Part shown: positions 10,154 to 21,665 of the stretch, one piece after another
Numbering within the stretch: the stretch's first letter is position 1
Layout: each line of letters opens with the position of its first letter
NCBI GenBank assembly: GCA_030390025.1
Contig: CM059433.1
Span: 3,472,001-3,536,000 of the forward strand
Length of the DNA stretch: 64,000 nt
Direction of reading: 5' to 3'
From: Squalus acanthias
Taxonomy: Eukaryota
Translations under genes and position numbers: made by a program
Notes under the pieces: model-generated
Databases searched by the model: none
What the model was told of the DNA's origin: nothing
Seen by the model: only the letters and a program-made list of their open reading frames with translations

Positions 10154-13100
10154 CATAGAATCGTAGAAATTTACAGCACGGAAGGAGGCCATTCGGCCCA
10201 TCATGTCCGTGCCGGCCGACAAAGAGCTCTCCACCCTAATCCCACTTTCCAGCACTTGGTCCGTAGCCCTGTAGGTTTCGGCACTTCAAGTGCATATCCA
10301 AGTACTTTTTAAATGTGATGAGGGTCTCTGTCTCTACCACCTTTCAGGCAGTGAGTTCCAGACCCCCACCACCCTCTGGGTGAAGAAAGTTCTCCTCAAA
10401 TCTCCTCTAAACCTCCGACCAATTACTTTAAATCTCTGCCCCCTGGGTATTGACCCCTCTGCTAAGGGAAATAGGTCCTTCCTATCCACTCTATCTTGGC
10501 CCCTCATAATTTTATACACCTCAATAAGGTCTCCCCTCAGCCTCCTCTGTTCCAAAGAAAACAAACCCAGCCTATCCTTGCTTTCCTCATAGCTAAAATT
10601 CCCCAGCCCAAGCAACATCCTCGTGAATCTCCTCTGCACCCTCTCTAGTGCAATCAAACCCTTCCTGTAATGTGGTGACCAGAACTGCACGCAGTACTCT
10701 AGCTGCGGCCTAACTAGTGTTTTATACAGTTCAAGCATAACCACACTGCAGCCTATGAAACCCAGGCAGAGAGGACCTGCGGGAAGGAGGGAGGAGGACA
10801 GTAGGAGTATGTTTGTGTGTGTGTGTGCTAGGCCGATGTAGCAGAGCCTGGTCTCCAATCGTCTTGGATCCCCTTGCCATTGGACCGAGACCTTGCTCTG
10901 TCAAGCCCATGTGGTAGCTGGTGTGCAGTGGCCACACCACGTTAAAAGAACTCACGCACAGGCATCTTCCACCCTTTAAAATGAAGTTTGGGACCTGGAA
11001 CGTCAGGACCCTCATGGACAACCCCAACAGCGACAGACTGGAACGCCGTACTGCTGTCGTTGCCCGGGAACTCAGACGTTTCGACATTGACATCGCCGCC
11101 CTAAGCGAGACCCGGCGGGCAGGGGAAGGCCAGCTCAAGGAGCAAGGCGGTGGTTACACCTTCTTCCGGAAAGGCAAGCCTGAAGAAGAACGTCGCCTCC
11201 ATGGGGTAGGCTTCGCCATAAAAAATGAGCTAGTTGAACGTCTCAGAGACTCCCCTTGTGGAATAAACGAACGCCTCATGGCTCTACGGCTCACCCTAGC
11301 CCGGAACCAGTGCACTACGGTCATCAGTGCGTACGCCCCAACACTGGAAGCCATGGACGAGACCAAAGAGGAATTCTACTCCAGCCTCGAACAATCCCTG
11401 TCCCGAGTCCCAATGGGCGACAAGCTGATCCTCCTTGGCAATTTTAACGCCAGAGTTGGAAAGGACACAGACCTCTGGGGAGGTGTGATCGGCAGAGAGG
11501 GGGTAGGGAAAGCCAACTCCAATGGTACCCTCCTCCTGACAAAATGCTTAGAACATGGCCTTGTCATAACCAACACCTTGTTCCGTCAGAGAGACAAGTA
11601 CAAGGTTTCATGGCAGTACCCTCGCTCCAAGCACTGGCATCTGCTGGACTACGTCATCGTCTGAGCGAGAGACCGCAGGATCTAATAAGCCGCAAGTGCA
11701 AGGCGTTCCTGATCTGGAAACAGCAACACAACTCGAGAGCAAGGAAGCAGCTCTACAGATGCCTGAAGACCGAGGTCCAACAAAAAACTCGCGACCTAAA
11801 GAACAGATGGTGGGTGGAGAAAGCGCAGGAGATCCAGCAGCTAGCCGACAACCACGACGTGCGTGGATTCTTTAGCGCAGTCAAGACCATCTGCGGCTCA
11901 AGCACCCAAGGCCCTACCCCACTGCGGGCCAAGAACGGAGAGGTACTCATCAAGGACAGGAAGGCAGTCAGTGCCCGCTGGAAGGAGCAATTTGAAGATC
12001 TCCTTAACTGAGACTCTGTCTTCGACGCGAGTGTCCTCAACTCCATCCCGCAGCATGCTACCCGCCACCATCTCAGCACAACCACAGCCCGGCATGAGGT
12101 TGAAAAGGCCATCCGACAACTGAAGAACAACAAGGCCTCAGGAGCAGATGGAATCCCCGCCGAGGCGCTAAAACATGGTGGAGAAGCACTATTGGCGTGA
12201 ATACATGAACTCATTTCTCTTATTTGGAAGGAGGAGAGCATGTCAGAGGATCTCAGAGACGCCGTAATCTTCAAGAAAGGTGGCAAGTCCAATTGCGGTA
12301 ATTACAGAGGAGTCTCAATGCTGTCTGCCACAGGGAAAGTCATCGCAAGAATCCTCCTCAATCGCCTTCTCCCAGTGGCTGAAGAGCTCCTCCCAGAGTC
12401 GCAATGCGGATTCCGCCCACTAAGGTGCACAATGGACAGGATCTTCACCGCACGTCAATTACAAGAGAAATGCAGGGAACAGCACCAACCGCTGTACATG
12501 GCCTTCTTTGACCTCACAAAGGCCTTTGACACAGTTAACCGTGAGGGATTATGGAGTGTCCTCCTCAAATTCGGCTGCCCTTAGAAGTTTGTCATCATCC
12601 TCCGCCTGCTTCACGACGACATGCAAGCCATGATGCTGACCAACGGATCCACCACAGACCCAATTCATGTACGGACCGGGGTCAAGCAAGGCTGTGTCAT
12701 CGCACCAACGCTCTTCTCGATCTTCCTTGCGGCAATGCTCCATCTCACCCTCGGTAAGCTCCCCGCTGGAGTAGAGCTAAACTACAGAACAAATGGGAAA
12801 CTGTTCAACCTCCGTCGCCTCCAGTCCAGATCCAAGGTCGTCCCATACTCTGTCATCGAATTACAGTATGCAGACGACGCTTGCGTCTGCGCACACTCTG
12901 AGGCCGAACTCCAAACCATCGTCAACATCTTCACCAAAGCGTACGAGAGCATGGGCCTTACACTGAACATCTGTAAGACAAAGGTCCTCTATCAACCTGC
13001 CCCCGCCACACAGTACTGCTCCCCGATTATCAAAATCCATGACGAGGCCCTGGACAACGTGGACCACTTTCCATACCTTGGGAGCCTACTGTCAACAAGG

Positions 13101-14293
13101 GCAGACGTCGACGACGAAGTCGAACACCGCCTTCAGTGTGCCAGTGCAGCCTTCGGTCGCCTGAGGAAGAGAGTGTTTGAACACCAGGACCTCAAACCCA
13201 GCACCAAGCTCATGGTCTACAGAGCAGTAGCGATACCCGCCCTCCTGTATGCTTCAGAGACATGGACCATGTACAGCAGGCACCTCAAAGCACTGGAGAG
13301 GTACCACCAACGCTGCCTCCACAAGATCCTGCAAATCATTGGCAGGATAGGTGCACCAACGTCAGTGTTCTCGCTCAGGCCAACATCCCCAACATCGAAG
13401 CTTTGACCACGCTCTATCAGCTCCGATGGACGGTCCTCATCGTCCACATGCCCGATATGAGACTCCCAAAACAAGCGCTCTACTCGGAGCTCCGACATGG
13501 CAAGAGAGCCCCAGGTGGGCAGAGGAAACGCTTCAAGGACACCCTCAAAGCCTCCTTGAAAAAGTGCAACATCCCCACTGACACCTGGGAATCCCTGGCC
13601 CAAGACCGCACAAAGTGGAGGAGAAGCATCCAGGAAGGCACCGAACACCTTGAGTCTCTTCGCCGGGAGCAAGCGGAAGCCAAGCGCAAACAGCGCAAGG
13701 AGCGCATGTCAACCCAAGCACCCCACCCACCCGCCCCTTCAACCACCGTCTGCCCCACCTGTGACAGAGACTGTAGGTCTCGCATTGGACTCATCAGTCA
13801 CCTGAGAACTCATTTTTAATGTGGAAGCAAGTCATCCTCAGTTCCGAGGGACTGCCTAAGCAGAGAAGAACTAGTGTTTGATACAGTTCAAGCATAACCT
13901 TCCTGCTCTTGTATTCTATGCCTCGGCTAATAAAGGCAAGTATCCCGTAAGCCTCATTAACCACCATATCTACTTGGCCTGCTACTTTCAGGAATCTGTG
14001 GACCTGTACTCCAAGGTCCCTTTGTTCCTCTACACTTCTCAGTTTCCTACCATTTATAGTGTATTCCCTTGCCTTGTTAGCCCTCCCCAAATGCATTACC
14101 TCACACTTCTCCAGATTGAATTCCATTTGCCACTGTTCTGCCCACCTGACCAGTCCATTGATATCTTCCTGCAGTCTACAGCTTTCTTCTTCATTATCAA
14201 CCACACAGCCGATTTTAGTATCATCTGCAAACTTCTTAATCATACCCCCTATATTCAAGTCTAAATCATTGATATATACCACAAAAAGCAAGA
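10154..14293 (-). mobile_element. CR1 LINE 3' portion split by an RTE insertion (pieces 10154-10742 and 13869-14293)
   Basis: The right piece encodes YINDLD...KFADDTKIG...MLELY. The left piece continues MLELYKTLVRPQLEYCVQFWSP to the 3' tail. Confidence 0.9.
10743..13868 (+). mobile_element. RTE-clade LINE, near full length (5' UTR, AP endonuclease, RT, C-terminal C2H2 finger), inactivated
   Basis: Endonuclease motifs GTWNVRTL, ALSETR and LLDYVIV from the ATG at 10981. RT motifs FFDLTKAFDTV, GVKQGC and YADD (12867-12878). Several stops and frameshifts. 31-bp flanking duplication. Confidence 0.93.
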
Positions 14294-14399
14294 CCTGAGC
14301 AGATAATGTGGGTTGGCTCCATTGCATTGCTGAGTAAGTGCTTCATTGTTAAAGGTGCTGCCTGTTGGATCAATGCTAAAGCAAGGTCCTGTCTGCCGG

Positions 14400-14600
14400 C
14401 GGGACAGATGGAGGATTGGCGCTATTGGAAAGCATCATGGCAGCTGCCAGGAAAGTGGGCACAGACCAGCATGATGCGCTGCTGGTGATCGTACACCGGT
14501 TGCACATTAAAGGAGTAGAGGCCGTTGCAATTACTGAGACAGTGGAGGCGTGTGAAGGAGACCACAGGTGATGTCAATGAAGTCCAGGCCTTGGTCTAAA
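14400..14600 (-). pseudogene. Old Harbinger transposase fragment (different family from copies 1 and 2)
   Basis: Minus-strand translation NCNGLYSFNVQPVYDHQQRIMLVCAHFPGSCHDAF matches the HARBI1-type N.KG.HS.NVQ..CD...PGS.HD motif. Confidence 0.75.
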
Positions 14601-14758
14601 CCAAGGTCACCTTGAAAATTGGAGCTGATGGACATCCAGTAATAAGTCGGCAGTTCATTTTCTTTTGCCATTTTGGTCACGCTACCGCCCGCTTTTGGGT
14701 ATAAGTGGGGCAGTAGCAAGAAAAAATTCAATCCCATTTTGACATGATAAGGCACAAT

Positions 14759-15640
14759 GGGGGAAATATTCGGTTGGTTTGTGCCTCCCGTTAGCACCTT
14801 AAGAGGGCGCTAATGGGGCGCAAAGCAACTAGCGCCCGGGCGCGGCGATGTTTGCGCCGCTCGCGAAATTGACCGGACATTTTGCGGCGGCGCTAAACAC
14901 TACCGCCACGATCTCCTGCGCCCGCAGATCGTGACGTCAGTCGAGCGTGCAACGCCCCGGTAACGCCCCGGACCGGATATTGAGTGGCGCCCCCTGCCTT
15001 ACCGCCTGCCGCTAGGTTAAGGGGAGCGTTTTGCAGTCGGGAAGGGACTGGGGGAGCGCTATTTAAAGGCGACCGCTTCCTGCCTTTTTATGGGGCGACA
15101 TTTTTGCACCACGCATTCTGAGTGAGAGAGAGAGACTTCTGGAGATATTCAATGCTGTGTTGAGGAGTTTTGGGTACTGAGCAGCACTTTGCAGGTTCAT
15201 TTTGATTTGATCTTCCTTGCATCGATTTAGAAGAGACTGTGGGGGCTGCACTCTGACATCTTTCCCTGGGCGTCTCCATTGTTCTTTCCAGCAGATTTGA
15301 TGTACAGGTCTCTCCAGGCCGAGATTCAAGGCTGCAATGAGCAGGGTGTGGATGGAGAGCAAGATCGACCCTCCCCTTTAAGAATTGGCCAGTGCCATTG
15401 TGTCTGTGTTCCATTGCTGACTGACATCACATGAGCTTCGCCAGCGCTCTGAGGTAGCGCCTCGCTCCTCGGTGATAGCACCTTAAGAGAGGTGTGTAGC
15501 GCCTGATTTAGCGCCCCAATCACCTCCAGGGGCGATAGAAGCCAAGTTTGCAGTCGGAGGCGATAATTAGCGCCAGGCGCTAAACTTTGCGCCCGGCCGA
15601 TAATTGCGCCCCAAACGGGGCGATTCCGAATTTCTCCCCC
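14759..15640. mobile_element. Harbinger-type MITE
   Basis: TIR GGGGGAAATATTCGG / CCGAATTTCTCCCCC. Closely similar inverted copy at 56992-57883. No clear TSD. Confidence 0.88.
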
Positions 15641-16145
15641 TCTATAAATGCAAGTATTATTATAAGTTTTACAAAATTAGCATTAACAACACGAGTGGAA
15701 AAATGCTGGTTGTACCTGTATAGATGTTGTGTTAAAAAAGACTTTTAACCTTCAAAGGGTTCCAATCACACATTACATCCAATCCAGGAGCAGTTGCGAA
15801 GAGAAATGCTAATAAGTCTGAACCGACCCATTAAATAGTCATTTGCCTGGAACCACAGTCAGTTCACACATCAATCATGAATCCAGATCAATCACAGGCT
15901 ATTTGTATTAAGTAACGCGCTGCAATTAATGGTAGTTGTAGCCATTCTAATTTTATCTCATTCAACAAACCTCAACTTGTCAAAAACAAATTTATTTCCT
16001 TTTCATTCCTCCACTGCTTGCTTCTCCAGCTGTATTCATGGAGCATTTTTGCCTGTACTGCTCTCAGGTCTTTGCCGTTTTTATCCCAGTCTTCTCATAT
16101 TTCCCTGTACACTCATTGGTGAAGAACATTGAACAAAAAATGGAA

Positions 16146-17170
16146 AGAACATAAGAAATAGGAGCAGGATTAGGCCACTTGGCCCCTCGAGCCTGCTCCG
16201 CCATTCAATAAGATCATGGCTGATCTTGGGCTCAAAGCCACTTCCCAGCCCACTCCCCATAACCCTTCACTCCCTTATCTTGCAAAAATCTGTCTATCTC
16301 CACCTTAAATGTATTTAATGACACAGCCTCCACGGCTCTCTGGGGCAGAGAATTCCACAGATTTACGACCCTCAGAGAGAAGAAATTCATAGAAACATAG
16401 ACATAGAAGATAGGAGCAGGAATAGGCCATTCGGCCCCTCGAGCCTGCTCTGCCATTCGATGAGATCATGGCTGATCATCCAAACTCAGTACCCTATACC
16501 TGCCTTCTCCCCATATCTCTTGATACCTTAAGCTTTAAGAAATATATCTAACTCATTCTTGAATATATTTAATGACTTTAATGACTTGGCCTCAACTACC
16601 TTCTGTGGTAGAGAATTCCACAGGTTCACCACTCTCTGGGTAAAGAAATTCCTCCTCATCTCAGTCCTAAATGGCTTACCCCCTATCCTTAGATTATGAC
16701 CTCCTCATCTCAGTTCTAAAAGGGCAACCCCTTAATCTGAAACTGTGCCTCCGAGTTTGAGATTTCCCCACAATGATAACAACGATACTCATAGAAACAT
16801 AGAAGATAGGAGCAGGAGTAGGCCATTCGGCCCCTCGAGCCTGCTCTGCCATTCAATGCGTTCATGGCTGATCATCCAAATTCAGTACCCTGTCCCTGCC
16901 TTCTCCCCATATCCCTTGATCCCTTTAGCCTTAAGAAATATATCTAACTCCTTCTTTAATGAATTGACCTCTACTGCCTTCTGTGGTAGAGAATTCCACA
17001 GGTTCACCACTCTCTGGGTGAAGAAATTCCTCCTCATCTCAGTCCTAAATGGCTTACCCCTTATCCTTAGACTGTGACCCCTGGTTCTGGACTCCCCCGC
17101 CATCGGGAACAGCCTTTCTGCATCTAGTCTGTCTAGTCCTGTTAGAATTTTATAAGTTTCAATGAGATCA
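16146..17170 (-). mobile_element. Cluster of three CR1 3' ends (16146-16388 resuming at 16701-16770; nested 16389-16700; 16790-17170)
   Basis: Repeated CR1 3' UTR (GGAGCAGGA...GGCCATTCGGCCCCTCGAGCCTGCTC) with (CATAGAAA)n or (CATAAGAA)n tails and NFF.QRVVNLWNSLP coding. Confidence 0.88.
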
Positions 17171-17640
17171 TCGAGCAGAAACTGATAGCCAAGTTCCGCA
17201 CCCATGAGGATGGCCTCAATAAGGATCTCGGGTTCATGTCACGCTACAGAACGTGACGCGACATTGTTGTCTGTCTTTCCAGTTTAAAAAAACACACAAA
17301 AAACCAAACAAAAAAAAACAAACAAAAAAAAAAGTTAGGAGCTCAACTGCAGACGGCAGCATTTGACACGTTGGACCCCCTGTGACCCACCTCATTGTCT
17401 TGGCTGTGCTCTGATGTGTCTTTGATGTAATGCCTCCCTGACGGATTGTATCTCTGCAGACACATTGTTCTCTGTGTATATATACGGTGTAATCGATTCC
17501 CTCACTGTACCTCTACCTGACGAAGGAGCAGCAGCTCCGAAAGCTCGTAATTTTAAATAAAACTGTTGGACTATAACCTGGTGTTGTGCGACTTCTCATT
17601 TTTGTCCACCCCAGTCCAACACCGGCATCTCCGCATCTTA
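17171..17640 (+). mobile_element. Penelope-like element 3' fragment (end of GIY-YIG ORF plus pLTR)
   Basis: 17173-17256 encodes EQKLIAKFRTHEDGLNKDLGFMSRYRT*, which resembles the C-terminus of PLE GIY-YIG endonucleases. Followed by a hammerhead motif and AATAAA (17556-17561). Homologous to 54644-55000 and 63676-64000. Confidence 0.8.
17514..17549 (+). ncRNA. Minimal type I hammerhead ribozyme motif
   Basis: UAC-CUGACGA-A-GGAGC(AGCA)GCUCC-GAAA-GC-UC-GUA: intact core, 5-bp stem II, stem I UAC/GUA. Predicted cleavage after C17546. Confidence 0.75.
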
Positions 17641-18155
17641 TCTTCCTGGCTTCCCAGGCCAACAGGAGAGTTTGTGCCAGACAACCCCTGCCGAGTATTC
17701 GGGACCCAGAATTTGACAACACAATGGTTGTCAGGTGTACATTAATTGCCAGGCAGGCTAATGAATTACTTTTTGTTTGCAATCTTTGGGGGAATGCTTA
17801 GTTCATTAGCATTTTAACCTCCTTTCATCTCAGTGCTTTGCTCTTTTAAACTTGTGTGAATACTTTAGATATGAGTATTTTCCAGATCCTTTCTGTGGTA
17901 AACGGTCAAAAATCCTTTAACATGAGCGTTAATGAGCCAAACATTGAAAACACCATGACCAGAGACAATAGTTAATTTATGATTTCATCCCATGCTTCCT
18001 ACAAACATACACAGCCATTTTCTCTGGAATAACCTATGCCCTTGAACCTAGAATGGGATGTCTGCTGAGAATCCAGTCTTGCTGGAGGCAAAATTGCTGT
18101 TTTTACTGCCAGGACTATTGGCGAATCACTGAACAGGGAATAATTTATAGAGATT

Positions 18156-18870
18156 GGTCCTTGTGCACCAGTCGCTGAAGGTAAGCATGCAGGTGCAGCA
18201 GGCGGTTAAGAAGGCAAATGGTATGTTGGCCTTCATAGCGAGAGGATTCAAGTACAGGAGCAAGGATGTCTTGCTGCAGTTGTACAGGGCCTTGGTGAGA
18301 CCACACCTTGAGTATTGTGTGCAGTTTTGGTCGCCTTATCTGAGGAAGGATGTTCTTGCCATGGAGGGAGTGCAGCGAAGATTTACCAGACTGATACCTG
18401 GAATGGCAGGAATGACGTATGAAGAGAGATTGGGTCGATTAGGCTTATATTCGCTAGAGTTTAGAAGAATGAGAGGGAATCTCATTGAAACTTATAAAAT
18501 TCTAACAGGACTAGACAGACTAGATACAGGAAGGATGTTCCCGATGGCGGGGGAGTCCAGAACCAGGGGTCACAGTCTAAGGATAAGGGGTAAGTCATTT
18601 AGGACTGAGATGAGGAGGAATTTCTTCACCCAGAGAGTGGTGAACCTGTGGAATTCTCTACCACAGAAGGCAGTTGAGGCCAATTCATTGAATATATTCA
18701 AGAAGGAGTTAGATATATTTCTTAAGGCTAAGGGGATCAAGGGATATGGGGAGAAAGCAGGGACAGGGTACTGAATTTGGATGATCAGCCATGATCTCAT
18801 TAAATGGCGGAACAGGCTCGAGGGGCCGAATGGCCTACTCCTGCTCCTATCTTCTATGTTTCTATGTTTC
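18156..18870 (+). mobile_element. CR1 LINE 3' fragment
   Basis: 206-aa ORF containing HLEYCVQFWSPYLRKD, then the 3' UTR and a (TTCTATGT)n tail. Confidence 0.92.
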
Positions 18871-19539
18871 ACTTCCTGTTGTCAGAAATAACAAAAAGAA
18901 AAGAGAAAAACACATGTTCAAGGTCAATCAGTCAAGATGGCCAAGAGAGAAAAGGGCAGAAAGGAGGTTAATTGTAATACTGGTGCTGACCAAGCCTGTG
19001 TAGCCTTGGTCTGCTTCTATGCTTGACCGATCAAAGCAAGCATTAGTCAGCCCATTAACCCAGCAAGGCAGCCTGGTTTATTATTTTTCTTATTCATGAA
19101 GAAGGGTTTGAAGTTAAGGGAAGTAAGTGAGTTTTGATTATAACTCTCACTTGCTGTCTGTAAATTAAAGCAGTTTAATGATTAATTTCTGCCCTTGTCT
19201 CACTAATATGTTTTCAGTCCATCTCCTGAACGACTGGAGAAGCACAAACGAGGGCACATGTGAACTAGTTCGGATCACGAAGGGCACTAATTATTGCTCT
19301 TCCCCCCCCTCCCCCCCCCGGGTTATACTATCATATGATTAGATATGGAGTGTATACCTAAACACAAGACATGGCGACAGCATATGGGCCTGACCAGCAC
19401 CACTGGTAGCCAAGGCAAACCCAAAAACTGTAAGCGGTAGGGTGTTACATGTAAGATAACATTAATATAATAAAATTAATGAATGGAAATCATGGACTGG
19501 GGTGCAAAATTTCCTAATCTCCTCTATGATTCCACGGGT

Positions 19540-19860
19540 GCTAGTCACCCTCTTCTATCCCAGCCGCGTGACAATTATTCACTATTCACATGTAAACCTC
19601 AGTAGTGAGTGTCGGCAGACCATTCATTGGCTGTGAGTATCAGAGCCGAGCATGAGCTTCCTTTCTCAACATGTAGACGTGTGTACGCCCAGGAATAGTG
19701 ATCAGCAGTGGAGAACCTGGCCGACATTTCCGTCCCTTACACCGCAAAACTGAGCGAATCGTAGTGCTTCTACTACCACCTTAACTCACAGAGTTCAAAC
19801 CTGGGGCCTTCTTGGTCTGTATGGCTCAGCTAGTCACTGGCCGAACTCGCTGAGCCATCA
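19540..19860 (-). mobile_element. Degenerate tRNA-derived SINE
   Basis: The minus strand begins GATGGCTCAGCGAG (A-box-like), followed by GGTTTGAACTC (B-box-like). The body weakly resembles 53500-53720. Confidence 0.4.
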
Positions 19861-19892
19861 AGAGAACATCTGGCTGTATGTATCTGTATATC

Positions 19893-19918
19893 TGTGTGTG
19901 TGTGTGTATCTGTGAGTG

Positions 19919-19950
<32 letters not shown>

Positions 19951-21634
19951 AGTGTGTGAGTGTGTGAGTGAGTGTGTGAGTGAGTGTGAGTGAGTGAGTG
20001 TGAGTGAGTGAGTGTGAGTGAGTGAGTGTGATGAGTGTGTGTGTGAGTGTGAGTGAGTGAGTGAGTGTGAGTGAGTGTGAGTGTGAGTGAGTGTGAGTGA
20101 GTGTGAGTGTGAGTGAGTGTGAGTGTGAGTGTGTGAGTGTGTGAGTGTGTGAGTGTGTGTGAGTGTGTGTGTGTGTGTGAGTGTGTGTGTGAGTGAGTGT
20201 ATGTGTGTGAGTGTGAGTGTGAGTGTGTGAGTGTGTGAGTGAGTGTGAGTGAGTGAGTGTGAATGAGTGTGAGTGTGTGTGAGTGAGTGTGTGAGTGAGT
20301 GAGTGAGTGTGAGTGTGTGTGTGAGTGTGAGTGAGTGTGAGTGAGTGTGAGTGTGAGTGAGTGTGAGTGAGTGTGAGTGTGAGTGAGTGTGAGTGTGAGT
20401 GTGTGAGTGTGTGAGTGTGAGTGAGTGTGTGTGTGTGTGTGAGTGTGTGTGTGAGTGAGTGTATGTGTGTGAGTGTGAGTGTGAGTGTGTGAGTGTGTGA
20501 GTGTGTGAGTGTGTGTGTGTGTGTGTGTGAGTGAGTGAGTGTGAGTGAGTGAGTGTGTGAGTGTGTGTGAGTGTGTGTGTGAGTGTGTGTGTGTGAGTGT
20601 GAGTGTGTGAGTGTGAGTGTGTGTGAGTGTGTGTGAGCGTGTGAGTGTGTGTGAGTGTGTGTGTGTGTGAGAGAGTGTGTGTGTGAGAGTGTGTGTGAGT
20701 GTGTGTGTGTGAGAGTGTGTGAGTGTGTGTGAGTGTGAGTGTGTGAGTGTGAGTGTGTGTGTGAGTGTTGAGTGTGAGTGTGTGTGTGTGAGTGTGTGTG
20801 TGAGTGTGTGTGTGTGAGTGTGAGTGTGTGTGTGAGTGTGTGTGTGTGTGAGAGTGTGTGGAGAGTGTGTGAGTGTGTGTGTGTGAGAGTGTGTGTGTGT
20901 GTGTGAGTGTGAGTGTGTGTGTGAGTGTGAGTGTGTGTGTGTGTGTGAGAGAGTGTGTGTGTGTGTGAGTGTGAGTGTGAGTGTGTGAGTGTGAGTGTGT
21001 GTGTGTGTGAGTGAGTGTGTGTGAGTGTGAGTGTGTGGTGTGTGTGTGTGTGTGTGTGTGAGAGTGTGTGTGTGTGTGAGTGTGTGAGTGTGTGTGTGTG
21101 TGAGTGTGTGAGTGTGTGTGTGTGTGTGAGTGTGTGTGTGTGTGTGTGAGTGTAGTGTGAGTGGTGTGTGTGTGTGTGAGCGTGAGTGTGTGTGTGTGAG
21201 TGTGAGTGTGTGTGTGAGTGTGTGTGAGTGTGTGTGAGTGTGTGTGTGTGTGGTGTGTGTGTGTGTGTGAGAGAGTGTGTGTGAGTGTGTGTGTTGTGTG
21301 GTGAGTGTGAGTGTGTGTGTGTGTGTGTGTGTGAGTGTGTGTGTGTGAGTGTGTGTGTGTGTGAGTGTGTGAGTGTGTGTGTGTGTGTGAGTGTGTGTGT
21401 GTGGGTGTGTGTGTGTGTGTGTGTGAGTGTGTAGTGTGTGTGAGAGTGTGTGTGAGTGTGAGTGTGTGTGTGTGTGTGTGTGTGAGTGTGTGTGTGTGTG
21501 TGTGTGAGTGTGTGTGTGTGTGGTGGTGTGTGAGTGTGTGAGTGTGTGTGTGTGTGAGTGTGTGTGTGTGTGTGTGAGTGTGAGTGTGTGTTTGAGTGTG
21601 TGTGTGTGAGTGTGTGTGAGTGTGTGTGTGTTGA

Positions 21635-21665
<31 letters not shown>

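Noticed and set aside
10743..10980. HDV-like ribozyme at the RTE 5' end
   Set aside because: I could not assign the nested double pseudoknot or the catalytic J4/2 strand by eye.
15063..15523. ORFs shared between MITE copies (also 57218-57646)
   Set aside because: The similarity reflects repeat copies; there are no protein motifs and the ORF ends differ between copies.
19218..19300. Possible exon after the acceptor-like TGTTTTCAG
   Set aside because: No convincing donor site or recognisable peptide.
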